From Gnetum montanum (Eukaryota; Plantae; Gnetophyta): DNA of 64,000 nucleotides. Below the pieces are notes generated by a model. It did not search any database. It saw only the letters and a program-made list of their open reading frames with translations, and was not told where the DNA came from. This document shows, one piece after another, positions 25,881-39,254 of the stretch. Position numbers and translations under genes: made by a program. The DNA is taken from assembly GCA_015680685.1 (NCBI GenBank), contig MNCI01000503.1, positions 70,515 through 134,514 on the forward strand, in the 5' to 3' direction. The number at the start of each line of letters is the position of its first letter. Position 1 is the stretch's first letter.

Positions 25881-26219
25881 TAACTTATTTTCATTTTAGT
25901 GTACAACCTTGTTTCCTAGCTAATTTTTATCTTTTATCACATTATAACCATATGAGTTAGCCAACATAGCCTTATACCATGATTATAATGAAAGATTATG
26001 TAACTGTAATAAAACCATAATGTTAGAACAATGTAACTAAAACTAAAACTTAAGAATAATAAGCAAAATGTCTGAAACATAACAACCATGACCACATGAT
26101 GTAATAAAATATCTAAACAATACATCATTAAACAATAAAACCATTCACAACTAAATCATTAACTAACACTAGTCACAACAACATCAATGCCAAACATGAA
26201 CAACCACAAGAATAATTGA

Positions 26220-29200
26220 AAATAGACAATTGATGATGCTAGGGGGTTTCTAAAGGAGGAGGTGAAGGGTCATTTCTTCCCTCACTATTAGGGCCACCAA
26301 TATTGACTAGTTCCTATAACATGACAACATAAAGGTAATTAGCAATCAATGAAAATACAAAACCAAATTAATAACTTAAACAAAGATAAAACAAAATAAA
26401 GCCATATAATAAAAAAAAACTTGAGAGGACTCTACCATGATGAACTTTGGGGGAAGATGCTGAAGGCCAACCTCTAAACAATGAAGGATTTGGGCTTCTG
26501 TCATGTGCACCCAATCCACACCCATAAGATTAACACATGTGAGGATGTTAGTCTCATCAACCTCTATCCATGTAGATGGCTCTTGTGACACCATAGTAAT
26601 AGACACCTCATCGACAATCATAGAGATCTAAGAAGTAGGAGACTCAACCACAGTGAGAGCGCCTTCAAACATTTTGAAGGTACTTTTAGCTTGAATATTG
26701 TTAAAAAATAGCTCCAAGTTACATCATTTAGTAGTCTCCTCTTTCAACCACTTTAGATAAGACTCACAATTAGTCTTGTACTTCTTTTTATGGTCTTTTT
26801 ATGCCTAGCCCCACTCTAGGACCCAGGCATAATAATCCTTTCACTCTTTAGCTTTGTATGTGATTAGGTCCATCTACAACCATTGCTCTACCATCTCTTG
26901 GGCATGGGCAACCTTTTCATTGATGATGTTCTAGAGTAGGCCAAGGTGAAGTCCTTGGATCATAAGGACTCTATGTTAGCCACTTGGGGTTTCACAAAAT
27001 CCTTGCAATCCTATAGATCATTGATCACCTAGGCTTGCCACTTTTTCTCCTCCTTTAAAGGCATAACCTATTCCCATAGGAATTCATTTGACCTTTGATA
27101 TTTTCATGAAGTCTTTGTGCATGAAATTGCAAGATCAATTGCACTCTCATACAACTTTCATGGAAAATTCTCTACTTTTGGAGGGAGACTAGGCAATGAG
27201 GCTATCTCCATGTTGTGGTTGGAGTCCCATGAGATCTTAGGCACTAAAACCAATACAACCATAAATATATCCATAAGCACAATATATGATGAGAATAGTC
27301 ATAAACATAACATATAACCAATATATCTCTAAAACCCAATATAAAATAGTTAAGGAAAAATAAAACAAAGTTCATAAAAATCTCAAGATTAACTTGTTAC
27401 AACTAATCAATGATATGCTTGGCCACCCCACACATGAATTCCACCTTAGCTAGAACCTCTACCCATGGTTTCATGTGCACCATAGGGGTGGAGGCTTCTA
27501 CTTGGGACTCAGTGTCTACAACAAGTATAACAATCAACAAATGGTTAGAGAAAAACATAAACATAAAACAATAAACTATAACAAATAACATCAAAGTATC
27601 TTCATACATGGCTCCTCATCCAAGATTATGACCAAGGGTTCACCTGGAAATAGCTCACTAAAAAGGATGTCCAAGTCATCCAATGCAATGTTAGCCAAGC
27701 CCCCATCCTTGTGCTACTATAGAAATGCCTCCTCCAAATGCCTCTTCCTCACCATTGCTGTCATGGCTTGGGCTACAAGTTCTTATCTCTTATCTATAAG
27801 AACAATACACCTAAAACATTGAAACAACCAAGACCAAATAACAACTCAACCTTAAAACCTGAAAACATAAAATTTAAAACATAGAATAACCAAAGCATAA
27901 AACAAAAGTAGAACATACCAGTAACCACTCCATGTGTCCATCCAAACTTAAGCGTAAGCCTCCTCTTGGGAGAATTCTTGATGGCTAGTGTTACTTCCTC
28001 AACCATGGGCCACTTCAACTTTGCTCTAGCTATGTCATTAGCTTCAGCAAGCAACTCCTTTGCCCTCTCAATGTTGGCCTACTCAACATGAGGCTCAAGC
28101 CCCATGCTATCAAGGGAAGTATAATGCCCACCACTAAGTCCCTTATTGGTAATAGACAAAGACTCTCCAACATCCTCCAATGGGTTCTAGGCCTACATGG
28201 TTGGATAAATGTGCTTTATCCAAGGCCTAGAGAGTTGGGATGGGTCTTGGCTCATCCATCACCCATCCCTCCTCATCACTAAGAACTCTACAAATCTCCT
28301 CAAATATGTTGCAAAGAATGCATATTGCATGTGACATATTGTGGTGAGATCCTCTTGAAGTTTGAGGATTTTGTCCCACAGCCTAGACGCCAAGTGATCA
28401 GCCGAGTTAAACTGAGCACCTTCCGTTAGGACCTTCATCATGGTCCATGCTTAGGCAATGTCGATTACCTTCTTCAATGATAGCAGCTTTGGAAAGGCAC
28501 GAGATCTAAATAAGGAATAGGATTTCCCTACTTTAAGTACTTATAAATATTCTAAGAACAACACAGAGTTTCCACAATAAGCACCCAACCATGACTTCAC
28601 CACCTCTCAATGGTCCACCTCCTTTACTAGTTTGGTGGCAACTCTCATCCCTTCAGTGGGAACACTAAAGAGGTCATAGAAGGTAGCCTCATTGATGGGC
28701 AAGGTGATTGACACATTATGAATCTTAGTGATAAAATTCTTGACTTCTTCATCAAAGGATTCAATAATGTTCACCATCTCAGCAACGGGGATGATTGGGC
28801 TAGGTGCCATGAAAAGATCAAGCAAACCTACATGAGTAATAACTGCTTGAATATTTTTAGGTGCATGTTCCCTCAACCAATGTTGTGCCAATTCCACCTC
28901 ACCATACTTCAAGATGAAAGTCTCCTCAAGGCATCCTAAAATAACCAAGGTGACACTAAAGGAGGTCAAAGCTCCTACAAGGCAATAGTAAAAATGGCTA
29001 GTTAGCTTAAGCATAGACATATCGAGTAGAACTAAAATATAACTAGAACAACAAATGAAAACTACAAAAAAATACTTAGAACCAAAATAGCCTAAAACTA
29101 TGTAGTATGACATACAAAAAGCAAACACAACAAAAATCATTACCTTTCTTCTTCTTTCTCGATGAGGGATATGTGAAGGCTCTAGTGGTCATGCCCTCTT

Positions 29201-31342
29201 TTAGAGTACATTTAAGAGCCATCCACCAAGGGTGTACTATCTCAGAGGCTACGCATCTGTGGAACGCTGGAGCAAATACTTTGGTACATTTATCAAAATC
29301 TCCCTTTAATTTATCAACCATTGCAATCCTTAATATTTAGCTTTTGGTAAATACATCCACTATGGTCTAAGCCACATCTAATGTTTGATCATTCTTGATC
29401 AAGCCTTGGTTACTAACCCTGTACTTTCAAAAATTTATAGAAACCAATAAGCTAAGGAAGAATAGATAAACCAAATAGACCAAAAGTCATAACTATACTT
29501 ACGCCTTCAAATGTTACACAATGCTAGGAGGATTTTGGAACAGTGTGTGGGCCCAATCTGCCACAATCAAAGTATTCTTAACATTATACTAAGAGAACTT
29601 TGGCATGTTCCAAATTTGGGATAGTTGGTGGGTCCTCCTAGTATCCTTACTATCCAACACCCTCCTCTACATGAGTTTCTAGATCATCAACTATAAACTT
29701 GATGATCATATTGGAAGACCAAGGTAGTAGGATCTTCACAATGTCAATAGTTGTGTAAGTAGATATGTGTGACCACATCATCACACTAAAGTTTTGTAAG
29801 AGGTAGGTAAGGAACTCCCTTGCCCTCAGTCGAAACCACAAGAAATCCTACTCTAAAACCATGTTAGCAAGAGTTGTATTTGGTTTGGATAGATGGATAT
29901 AGCAAATTATCCCTACCAATTCGACCACCACTAGTGTTGGCTTAAGGAAGGCCCTACATGGAAATAACACACACTGTTAGGACCATGTTTTAAACACTTA
30001 TAATGAAAAACAATAAAACTAGGAACAACCACATCCATAACAAAATACAACAACATCCTAGTTAATGGTGAAACTAGCCATCGTAAAAACTCTAGGAGTG
30101 TTAATCCAAAATTCTTTAAAAATTAAAAATTAAACATTCATATGACCTAAAAAAACATTTAACATGATACCTAAATTACAACAACATCAACATTATGATC
30201 CTAAAATTAAAGCCAATTGAAAACACTATGCAAAACTCTGACAAACTTAAGAAAATGGCCATAGAAAATCACTAGTAAAAATTATCAAAAAGTTTTTAAC
30301 ATTAATGAAATAAACTCTAAACCATTCCTAACATCCCCTAGTATCCCCAAAAACATGGGACATTTGTGGAAAAAATCATCTAACATGCCAACATTGCCCA
30401 TCTTCACAAGGGTAAAACAGCTATAGCCAAAAAACTTGTTTCATGCAACCTCATCATAAAAATCATAAAAAATCAATGAATTAACCAAATTTAATGTTTC
30501 CATAGCTTTTGGAATACTTCAATAAAAATTTAAACACCCATAACTAGAAAACATAGGGATTCTTAGCCATTTTTACAAAAAAAAATGCCTAAATGACATG
30601 AACCTGACCATAATGGCAAAACCCCTTTTTGCACAAGTTTTAAAAAATCACCTAAAATTAATTACAACTCAAAATTCATTGATTCCAAGACTATTCGAAT
30701 TCGAAAACAAATATATACAAACTAAAGCCTTAAAAATACGAAAATTCATAGCCTTTTCTATAGAAAAAATTCAACAATTAACATGAAAAACTAAAAAAAG
30801 ACATGGAACTACAACTACACCGATTAGAAAAAATATTCACCTAGAATTAACCATAAATCCAAATTTCATGAAACCATAGCTATTTAAAACCTTAAACATT
30901 AAATAAAAAACCCATAACCTCAAAAGTTAAGAATTCCTAATCATTTTCTTAATAAAAATTTCACAAAATGGTATTGGTTTTTGACCAAAAACACCTAAAA
31001 TTGACTAAAATGAAATTTAGAACCTACACAATATCAAATATAACCACTAAAGAAACACCAAAAATACATAAACCCCACCTAAAAATAATGTTAACTTTCT
31101 TAAAATTTAATTTTAAGCAACAAATCAATCTACATCTACAAAATGCCCAATTCCTAGACTAGGAAAATAAGAAAAACACTAAAAAAAAGCACACAAAAAT
31201 GGCCAAGCATTATGTACCTAGGGTTGATTGAAGAAAATCCTTGCCTAATGATGGATCACAAAAGATGGAAAAGGTCCTTGACCATTGCATCAACATGTTC
31301 TAGGGTAGGGTCCTTACTATTGCTTACCTTCCTTTTCGACAT
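26220..31342 (-). pseudogene. Spliced antisense cargo gene of element B (~8 exons), homolog of the A gene
   Basis: Exons 31342-31218, 29953-29503, 29418-29144, 28974(or 28935)-27919, 27810-27608, 27515-~27410, 27243-~26421, 26313-~26220. FLKPTLVVVELVGIIC, WFRLRAREFLTYLLQNFSVMMWS, IWNMPKFS*YNVKNTLIV..FQNP and FRSRAFPK..GAQFNSADHLAS align to A. Boundaries of exons 5-8 are less certain. Confidence 0.8.
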
Positions 31343-31799
31343 AGTGGATCAACAACATAGAAAACCTTCATAAAATCTTCAAAATCTTGATGGTAGGGTT
31401 GTTCTAGGTGGAACCTTGATTAGCATAGCTTGGGAATTTATGAGGTTTTTGAAAAAAAACTCTATCAAATATTTTGACTAGTGCACTTCCAGGGAGGACA
31501 ATGATTTGTGTAAGTTTTGGTAAAACAATAATAAAAACCAAGTTTCAACCTAGGTGCTTCCTTTGAAACTTCCATTGCCAAATTTGTGCACGAAAACTCA
31601 TGGTGCACTGATAGTGAAAAGGAGGAAAAGTACAAACAACATTAGGATGGTGGAAGTTGCAAACAAGTTTAAATTTTGAATTTGGGTGAGCCCCACTAGG
31701 TGCCTTCCAAGCAAAGTGGGTTTTAAGCCTAGAAACCTCCTCTACATTGGAGTTTAACCTCTTTGAAATCCATATAATATTTTTCAAAATCATACCCCT

Positions 31800-34010
31800 C
31801 TTTACCCACATTAGTCGGTGTGGACCCAGCATGGGGCCAACCTCCCATGTCCCAAAGCCATAAAACCCTTGCCCACCTTGCCATATTTAGCAACTGGAGT
31901 TAGCACTAGCTAATACCAAGCCCTAGCACAAGCTAGAACCCTCCATGCCACTTGGCATTTTGGGTAACCACACTAAGTAAGGACTCATCCGCATTGCCCA
32001 ATGTTTCCAAAATGGATATAACATTTACATACATAGACCAAACCTCGATTCAATTCCAAAATTGACCAACAAAACCTGAAACCCCATTAGAAGCCTCTAG
32101 CAGCTCTAGAACCTTGTTGAATACAACTAGAAGTGGTCAAAACCTTAAGATTTAGTGGAGAAACACTAGGGGACATCCCATCCACACTAGCTAGTGTTGC
32201 CCTAGTGTGGATGGATGAGGTATAACCTCAAATTAATAATATTAACCTCCCAGTTACCTTGTTTTGTCCCTAACACTTCTATATAGCCTCCAACAACCAA
32301 AACCAATAAAAAATAAGTCAAATTGCATACCTCACATCTTTCCCATGCTAAGGAACCCCCACCCACATTGGTCAGCATGGGTATGCTAGGGATGATTCAC
32401 AAAAACCTATTAATGCCCAAAAATAGCCTTAAAACTCACCTGCATGACCTTAACACCTCTCCTTAGCCTCTGGTAGCTAAGAATTAATAAAATATAAGTT
32501 ACAATTCATGCCTAACACCATCCCCATGCTAGGGAACCCCCCACCCATGCTAGCCAGCATGAGTCTAGCATGGGTACTTTGGGGTGACCTACAAAACCCA
32601 ATCCATGACCTAAAGTAACCTAAAAGCCCATCCCTATGACCATAAAACCAAAGCCTCCCATAGCCATCAAACACCATAAAATGAACCTAAAAATGGTAAA
32701 AATCTATCATCTCCCCTCCATCCACACTAGATCCATGTTGGCTAGTGTGGCTCAGGGGGGGATGACTATAAAAAATGTCAAATGGCCTTCAAGATGGTTG
32801 ATTTCAGTGCCAAATCTTAGCTATCAACATCTACCATCATAGAAACTCAAATTCTTGGTCGATTTATTACCAAAACATACTAAAACTTAATAACCCAAGG
32901 TATCCATGCTAAGAGGGGCCTGAGCCATGCTGGCTAACATGGGTCCAACATGGGTAAGGTTCCTTATCGCTTTTGATAGCACTTCGACACACCCCAGAAG
33001 CCAAAAACCTAGCCCAGTAGAGCCTAAAACCCCAAAACCTTTAACTGATGATCATTTGACCTCATTTCAACCATTAAAATCCATCATACCCCCTCACCCA
33101 TGCTAGAGCAATGTTGGCTAACATGGTTGAGGGGGTATAATCATATCACACCTCAAATGACCCTTAAACATGATCAGTTTTAAGCCTAAATCTAAAACAT
33201 CACTAATAACAAACCTAGAAGCCTAAAAACTTAGTTAATTTACCTTTGAAACCATATAAGAGCCAAAAAGTAAATGTACCCATGTTGAGCAGTACTAGAG
33301 CGATGCTAGCCACTGTGGCCCCAACATGGGTGAGGTTCTCAATAAGGTTCTACCCACAAAACATCCTTCAAATGGCCTTAAAATTCAACTATGAGAACAT
33401 ACAACTACAAAACCCTACATGTAGGTGCAGGTGCAATTTAATGATGTTTTGACCCTATAATCACCCAAACCTAGGCTATCCATGTTGATACCTCCTCCAT
33501 CCACACTAGCCAGCATGGCTCTGGGGGTAACACCATAAAACCTATTTTCATTACAAGTTTTAACCCATAAAATGAACAATTTTGATAGTTTTAACTCTAC
33601 ATTGTCTTGGAAAGCTAGTAGAACATCAATTTTGACCCCTTAAATGTCATAAATTCAATTTTCATGTGTATCCATGTTGGGGCCACACTCGCCAGCATTG
33701 TTATAGCATGGGTGGAAGTTCCATGCCTCATGCATGACTTCCAAAGGTTCAAATCAATGCTAGAATTGACCAAAATCCTTCCCTAACACACTATGTAGAT
33801 CATATAGGCCATTAGGAGTTGAAAATGATCAAAATCAACTTGGAAACCCACATGAACATTGCATCCATGCTAGGGGTCACCCTACCCATGCTGGCTAGCA
33901 TAGCTCCAGTGTAAATCCAGTGTGGATGCCCATAAAACCTTCGCTTTTGACTAAAAATAACCTTGAAATAGCCTCCGCAAGTGCCCAAACTCACCTATCA
34001 CCTTTGTAGC
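31800..34010 (+). repeat. Degenerate repeat spacer rich in inverted CCACGCTGG/CCAGCGTGG-derived motifs
   Basis: For example CCATCCACACTAGCTAGTGTTGCCCTAGTGTGGATGG (~32179) and CCATGCTAGCCAGCATGAGTCTAGCATGGG (~32545); clusters recur every ~180-200 bp. Confidence 0.65.
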
Positions 34011-34626
34011 CTCTTACCATGGCCTACTAAGGCCTAAAACTAGTAAAATCTAATCATTTTTTACCAATATTGACCATGTTTTACCACATGTATTCCACTT
34101 TGACTGATTTGACCTTATTTCATGGTGTTTTGACTTATTTTGACCTTATTATGCATTATTGACCTTTGTTACTATTTAGTTGACCTCATGCAACCTCTAC
34201 ATAACTTCAGTTTCACCATATCTACCTTATTTTCTCTATCATGGCCTTTGTTGATCCTTGTTTACCTTTGATTAGTGTTAGATGATGGGGTTTGACCATC
34301 CTTGACCATCATTTAATGCCATTTAATGATGGCCCACCAAGGTCTTAAACTAGTAACATGGCTCGCTAAGGCCTAAAACTAGTAAAATGTAACCTCAATT
34401 GACCTTTTTTGACCATTCATACTTTCATTATGCTTCAACTTATTTTAACCTCATTTAACCTTTATTTGACCTTATATGGTCTTTATTCCATCTCATTTAT
34501 CTTCATCTATCTCTTATAGCCTTGGTTGACTTTGTTTGCATTTTTTTTAACATTGAAATAACATGTGTTTGCATAGTTACTAACATATTTCATAGCATTT
34601 TGACATTATTTACTTATTTTACCTAG

Positions 34627-37600
34627 GTGCCACTTAATGTTCTTATAGTTGATATGTATGACTAGAGTATGAGTACCTGGGAGAAAATCAATTTGCCTTT
34701 GAGCCTAAGTGGGCCCCATGATGATGTTGAACAATGTATTAATCCTAATTGCCTAGATCTTAAGCCTAAGAGTCTTATTAACCACATAGCCTCAATAAAG
34801 AAACCTCTAGAGTGACCTAAAAAACTAGTTAAAACCTTTGACCTTGAAGCCAGTGACATTACTAAAGACTCTCTAGTTGAGGTTCCTATCATGACACATA
34901 GTGGTGAGGAGAAAACCCTGAAACTAAGTTCCTCACTAGAACCTCACTAGGCTCAAGACATTGCCAAGGTCCTACAAGATAACTCTAAAGTCTTTTCCTG
35001 GTCATATGAAGATACATCATGCCTAGATCTATGCCTAATATAACACAACATCATACTTGATCCTATCATTAAACCTATTAAGCAAAAAGTTTGTAAGATT
35101 ATACTTGATTTGGCATTGGTAGTTTGCGATGAAATCACAAAACTATACCAAGTTGGTTTCATCAAAGCCTTTCATTACATAGAATCGGTATCCAACATAG
35201 TGATAGTCCCTAAGAAAAATGGAAGTGTACACATTTGCATAGATTTCTAAGAGCTATATAAGGTAATCATAAAGGATGATTTTCCTTTACCTAGTATTGA
35301 CCAACTTATCGATACTACGATTGGGCATGCCTTATTATCCTTCATGGATGGGTTCTCAAGATGCAACCAAATTAGGATTAACTTAGAACATCAACTCAGT
35401 ATGACCTTCATGACCCCTTGTGATATCATTTGTTGTAATATGATGCCCTTTGACCTAAGGAACGTAGGAGGAACCTACCAAAGAGAGATGACATATATAT
35501 TTAGTGACTATATGGTGGGTTTGCTAAATTATTACATAAATGATGTAGCTGTTAAGTCCAACGTGGCCAATGATCTCGTACATGAGCTCAACCTTGTGCT
35601 TAAATGATGCCTCCAGTATGAGCTTAGGCTTAATCCTAAGAAGTATGTCTTTGACACCAAAGCTAGTGAGATGCTTGGCTTTGTAGTATCTGAAGCAGGG
35701 ATACACATCAATCCTAACAAGGTTAAATCCATATCCAACTTGGTATCACCAACTAACCTTAAGGAGCTTTAGGGATTGTAAGATAGATTACAATTTATCC
35801 ATAGGTTCATCTCTAGGCTCACAGATAAGTTACAACCCATGAAACACATGCTTAATAAAGGAGTTCACTATGAGCGGATGGCTCAATGCTAGGAAGTAAT
35901 TGAAAACCTTGAGCAAGATTTGGTAAAACTACCAATTGGTCTATCCACAGTAGAAGGATAAACCTTTTTACATCTACCATGCAATCTCTAACATGTCCAT
36001 TTCCTCTCTACTCTATCAAAAACAAGATGATGGAGCTAAGTTTCCAATGTACTACCTTAGTTATACATTGATAGTCTATGAGACTTGATACACTAAAGTA
36101 GAGAAGTATTGTCTCATCCTAATCTTCTCATTAAAGAAGTGGAGATACTATCTCTTTAGGAGCTAGGTCAACATCATTTGCAAAGATAATATGGTTAGAG
36201 CCATAATGATCAACATCTCTAAAAGTAGCCATATAGCCTAATGGAAAGCCATATCAGTGAAGTTTGATCTTCATTACATTTCACAAGCCTCAATAAAGGA
36301 TCAAGCTATAGCCACACAACTCGTTGTCTCACTAATTGATGACCATGTAACCATTAACCCTGAATTCCTAGAAAAACATGTTAACATCATTTACCAAGTG
36401 CCTAAGTGCTTTTTGGCCATCATGAACTTTAATGGAGCTTCAATTGCCCATGGGGATAGTGCAACTGCCATTATCACATTCTCATCTAGTGAAATCCAAC
36501 CCTACACATATCTTTTTAACTTTCCATGTACCAACAATGTAGCAAAATATGAGGTTTTGATCAAGGAAATAATGGTATCTCATGACCAACGAATCAAATG
36601 CTTAATGATCAAAGGTCACTCACAACTTATGGTTAACCAGGTAACTAAGGTTTATGCATGTAAAGCCAAACATTTACAGCCTTACTATGACCTAGGAAAG
36701 AAACTGCTACAACAATTTACTGACATTGATATCCAACATGTACCCCAAACTGAGAAAACCATAGCTAATGCCATTGCAACCTTAGCCCTCAATGTAATGC
36801 CAAATGTGATTAGCAAACTTTCTTCCTTAACTGTAAACTATGCTATTTCCATCACGCAAGACACTAAAGACAACTCCATAACCATATTTCATACTACTAC
36901 TACAAAGGAGTGGTATGATAATATCAAGTTTTCCCTTATGCATGGTGAACCTTCACAAGGCCTGACTACTACTCAAAAGAACACTATACATAAATAATCA
37001 AAATAGTATATCATAGAAAGTGATAACACATTATGTCAATGATCCTATGATGGCCTATTGTTAATGTGCTTAGGAAAAAGCAAAGCCTGCATAGTTCTAG
37101 AGTAGGTTCACAAGGATGTATGTGGGGGACATATAGGACCTAGAGCCATGGCCACTAAGATTAGATGGCTAGGTTATTATTGGCCCTATATGGAAAGTGA
37201 ATACCTGCAAAAGGTTAAAGCTTGTGACATGTTCTAATAGCATAACAACTTGATACATGTACTAACAAATAAGTTATACACCACTCAAATAACTTGGTCA
37301 TTCCAATGGTGGGGGTTGGATATCATCAGACCTATAACCTAAGTCTTTCATAGGGCATGGTTTTATCATCACTAAGGAAGACAACATCTCAAAAAGTCAC
37401 AGAAAATGGACCATAGTCTAGTAGCCTATCCCTACAATCAAAGACAATGGTTACCTAAGTCACAAGGCATGGCTTTCTCATCACTACAATCGAAGACAAC
37501 ATCTCAACAAGTCTCAGACAATGGCCCACAAGTCACAGGGCCTGATTCGATATACCTATGACCATAGTCATAGACAATGGACCATAATCTAGTATCCAAG

Positions 37601-38211
37601 AAACAAAGAACTTTTGTCATGTCCTAAGCATTAAGAATTTCTTCTCATCATCATATTACCCCCAAGAAAATGGAAAAGCTGAAGCAAGCAATAAGGCCAT
37701 CATAAACTTTCTTAAGAAGATGCTGAATAATAATAAATGCAAGTGGCATGAGTGGCTTCTCCATGCACTTTGGGCCTATCAAAAGAAATTTCGTACCACA
37801 ACCAAGGTAACCCCATATAGCCTAGTTTATGGTTCTAAAGTTGTTTTACCTCTTAAATTGCAAATGTCATCACTCTGAGTAGCCTTATCAAACTTCATCA
37901 ATGATGAACTATGCACCATGGATCTAGACTTGATGGAAGAGCAATGGGTATGAATGCTTACCCATGTCGAGTAGTACCAAGAGAGGAAGAAAGGACAACA
38001 CCACCATAATTTGAACAAGTGCAAGATCAAGCAAGGAGACCTGGTCCTCAAGGTCATTCTTGAGCATCTAGACAAACTCCCAACCAATTGAAAAGGGTCT
38101 TTCTTAGTCACTAAGGCCTATGGCAATGGAGCCTTCAGAATAGTAGACATCGATGGGAATGAGTCATCCCACCTAGTCAATCATTCCTATCTAAAGCCTT
38201 ACTGCATGTAG
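34627..38211 (+). pseudogene. pol: B RT-RH-aRH-integrase
   Basis: VFSWSYED, SFMDGFSRCNQI, YINDVAV, FPCTNNVAKYE, WGLDII; many stops and frameshifts. Confidence 0.94.
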
Positions 38212-39254
38212 CCCATGAAGACCAACAACTGACATCAACAACCTTTTGACAAGTGAGCTTTCATGACCTCTTTTTGTACAATAGATAAACTATCAAACTT
38301 TGTAACATATGTGACCTTTGGTATCCTAGTTTGTTGATCATTTATATGGCCTTATGCATTATCATGTAATAACATTTTTTCTTTATCTTGTTTCTTATTC
38401 TCTTGAAGTTGTGTTTGCAAGATTATGCCTGTAGTGATCACAAAGGTGCAACTCATTATGGCAACAAGTTACCATGTGACCTCATGTGCAAGATTTGGTT
38501 AGTTTGTCCTACCATGTTCCACTTCATTCCTATTACCTCTCTTTCCCATTGCTTAATTACAATCTTCCTCATCCTAAGTAACAATGATAACCTATGTTTG
38601 ACACTTATGCATTATGGCCATATGACATCCCTTCATCATGGTCTACTATCCAGCTCATTGAATGTAACACATCTCATTCCATGGAAAAACTATTAAGTTC
38701 GTCAAATGTAACACATCTCATTTGATGAGAAAACCAAATCAAAACCTGACCTTGGCAAAGAAACCCAATGAAGGTTTCACCCCAAAAAAATAAGGAGGGA
38801 AAAGAAAATTACCAAGAAGTCAAGAGGTTAATGAAGATGAAAAGACAAACTAATGGCTCTAAACATGCAAAGGGAGGAGCCTAATGACCAAAGGAAACCT
38901 TGGAGTGAAGTGTTGATTTCTCAAAAACATTACCAAGTGACCAAAACTTTGAAGAATAAAGCATAAGAATTACATAAATTAATTAGCATGTCAGTGCCAT
39001 ATCATAGCCATGATATCAATGTTTGGAACTCATTGTTGATCCTCATGACCATTTCCTTCTAGCCAAATACTACCTTTATTTCTTGTCATCTAAACATAAC
39101 ATTATCCTATCATAACAAGCACTATTTGGCATGGTTCGATACTACTGAATCATGTGTGGAAAGGGGACGTTCATGATGGATTTATAGTAGTGTTTTATAT
39201 TCTTTGTCAATGCCTCTCAAGTCAATCCTCAATACATCAACAAAGAGAAGCCAA

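Noticed and set aside
25400-34600. Independent DNA transposon or Helitron nested in B
   Set aside because: No TIR, TSD, DDE or Rep/helicase motif seen, and the position is shared with the divergent element A; not formally excluded
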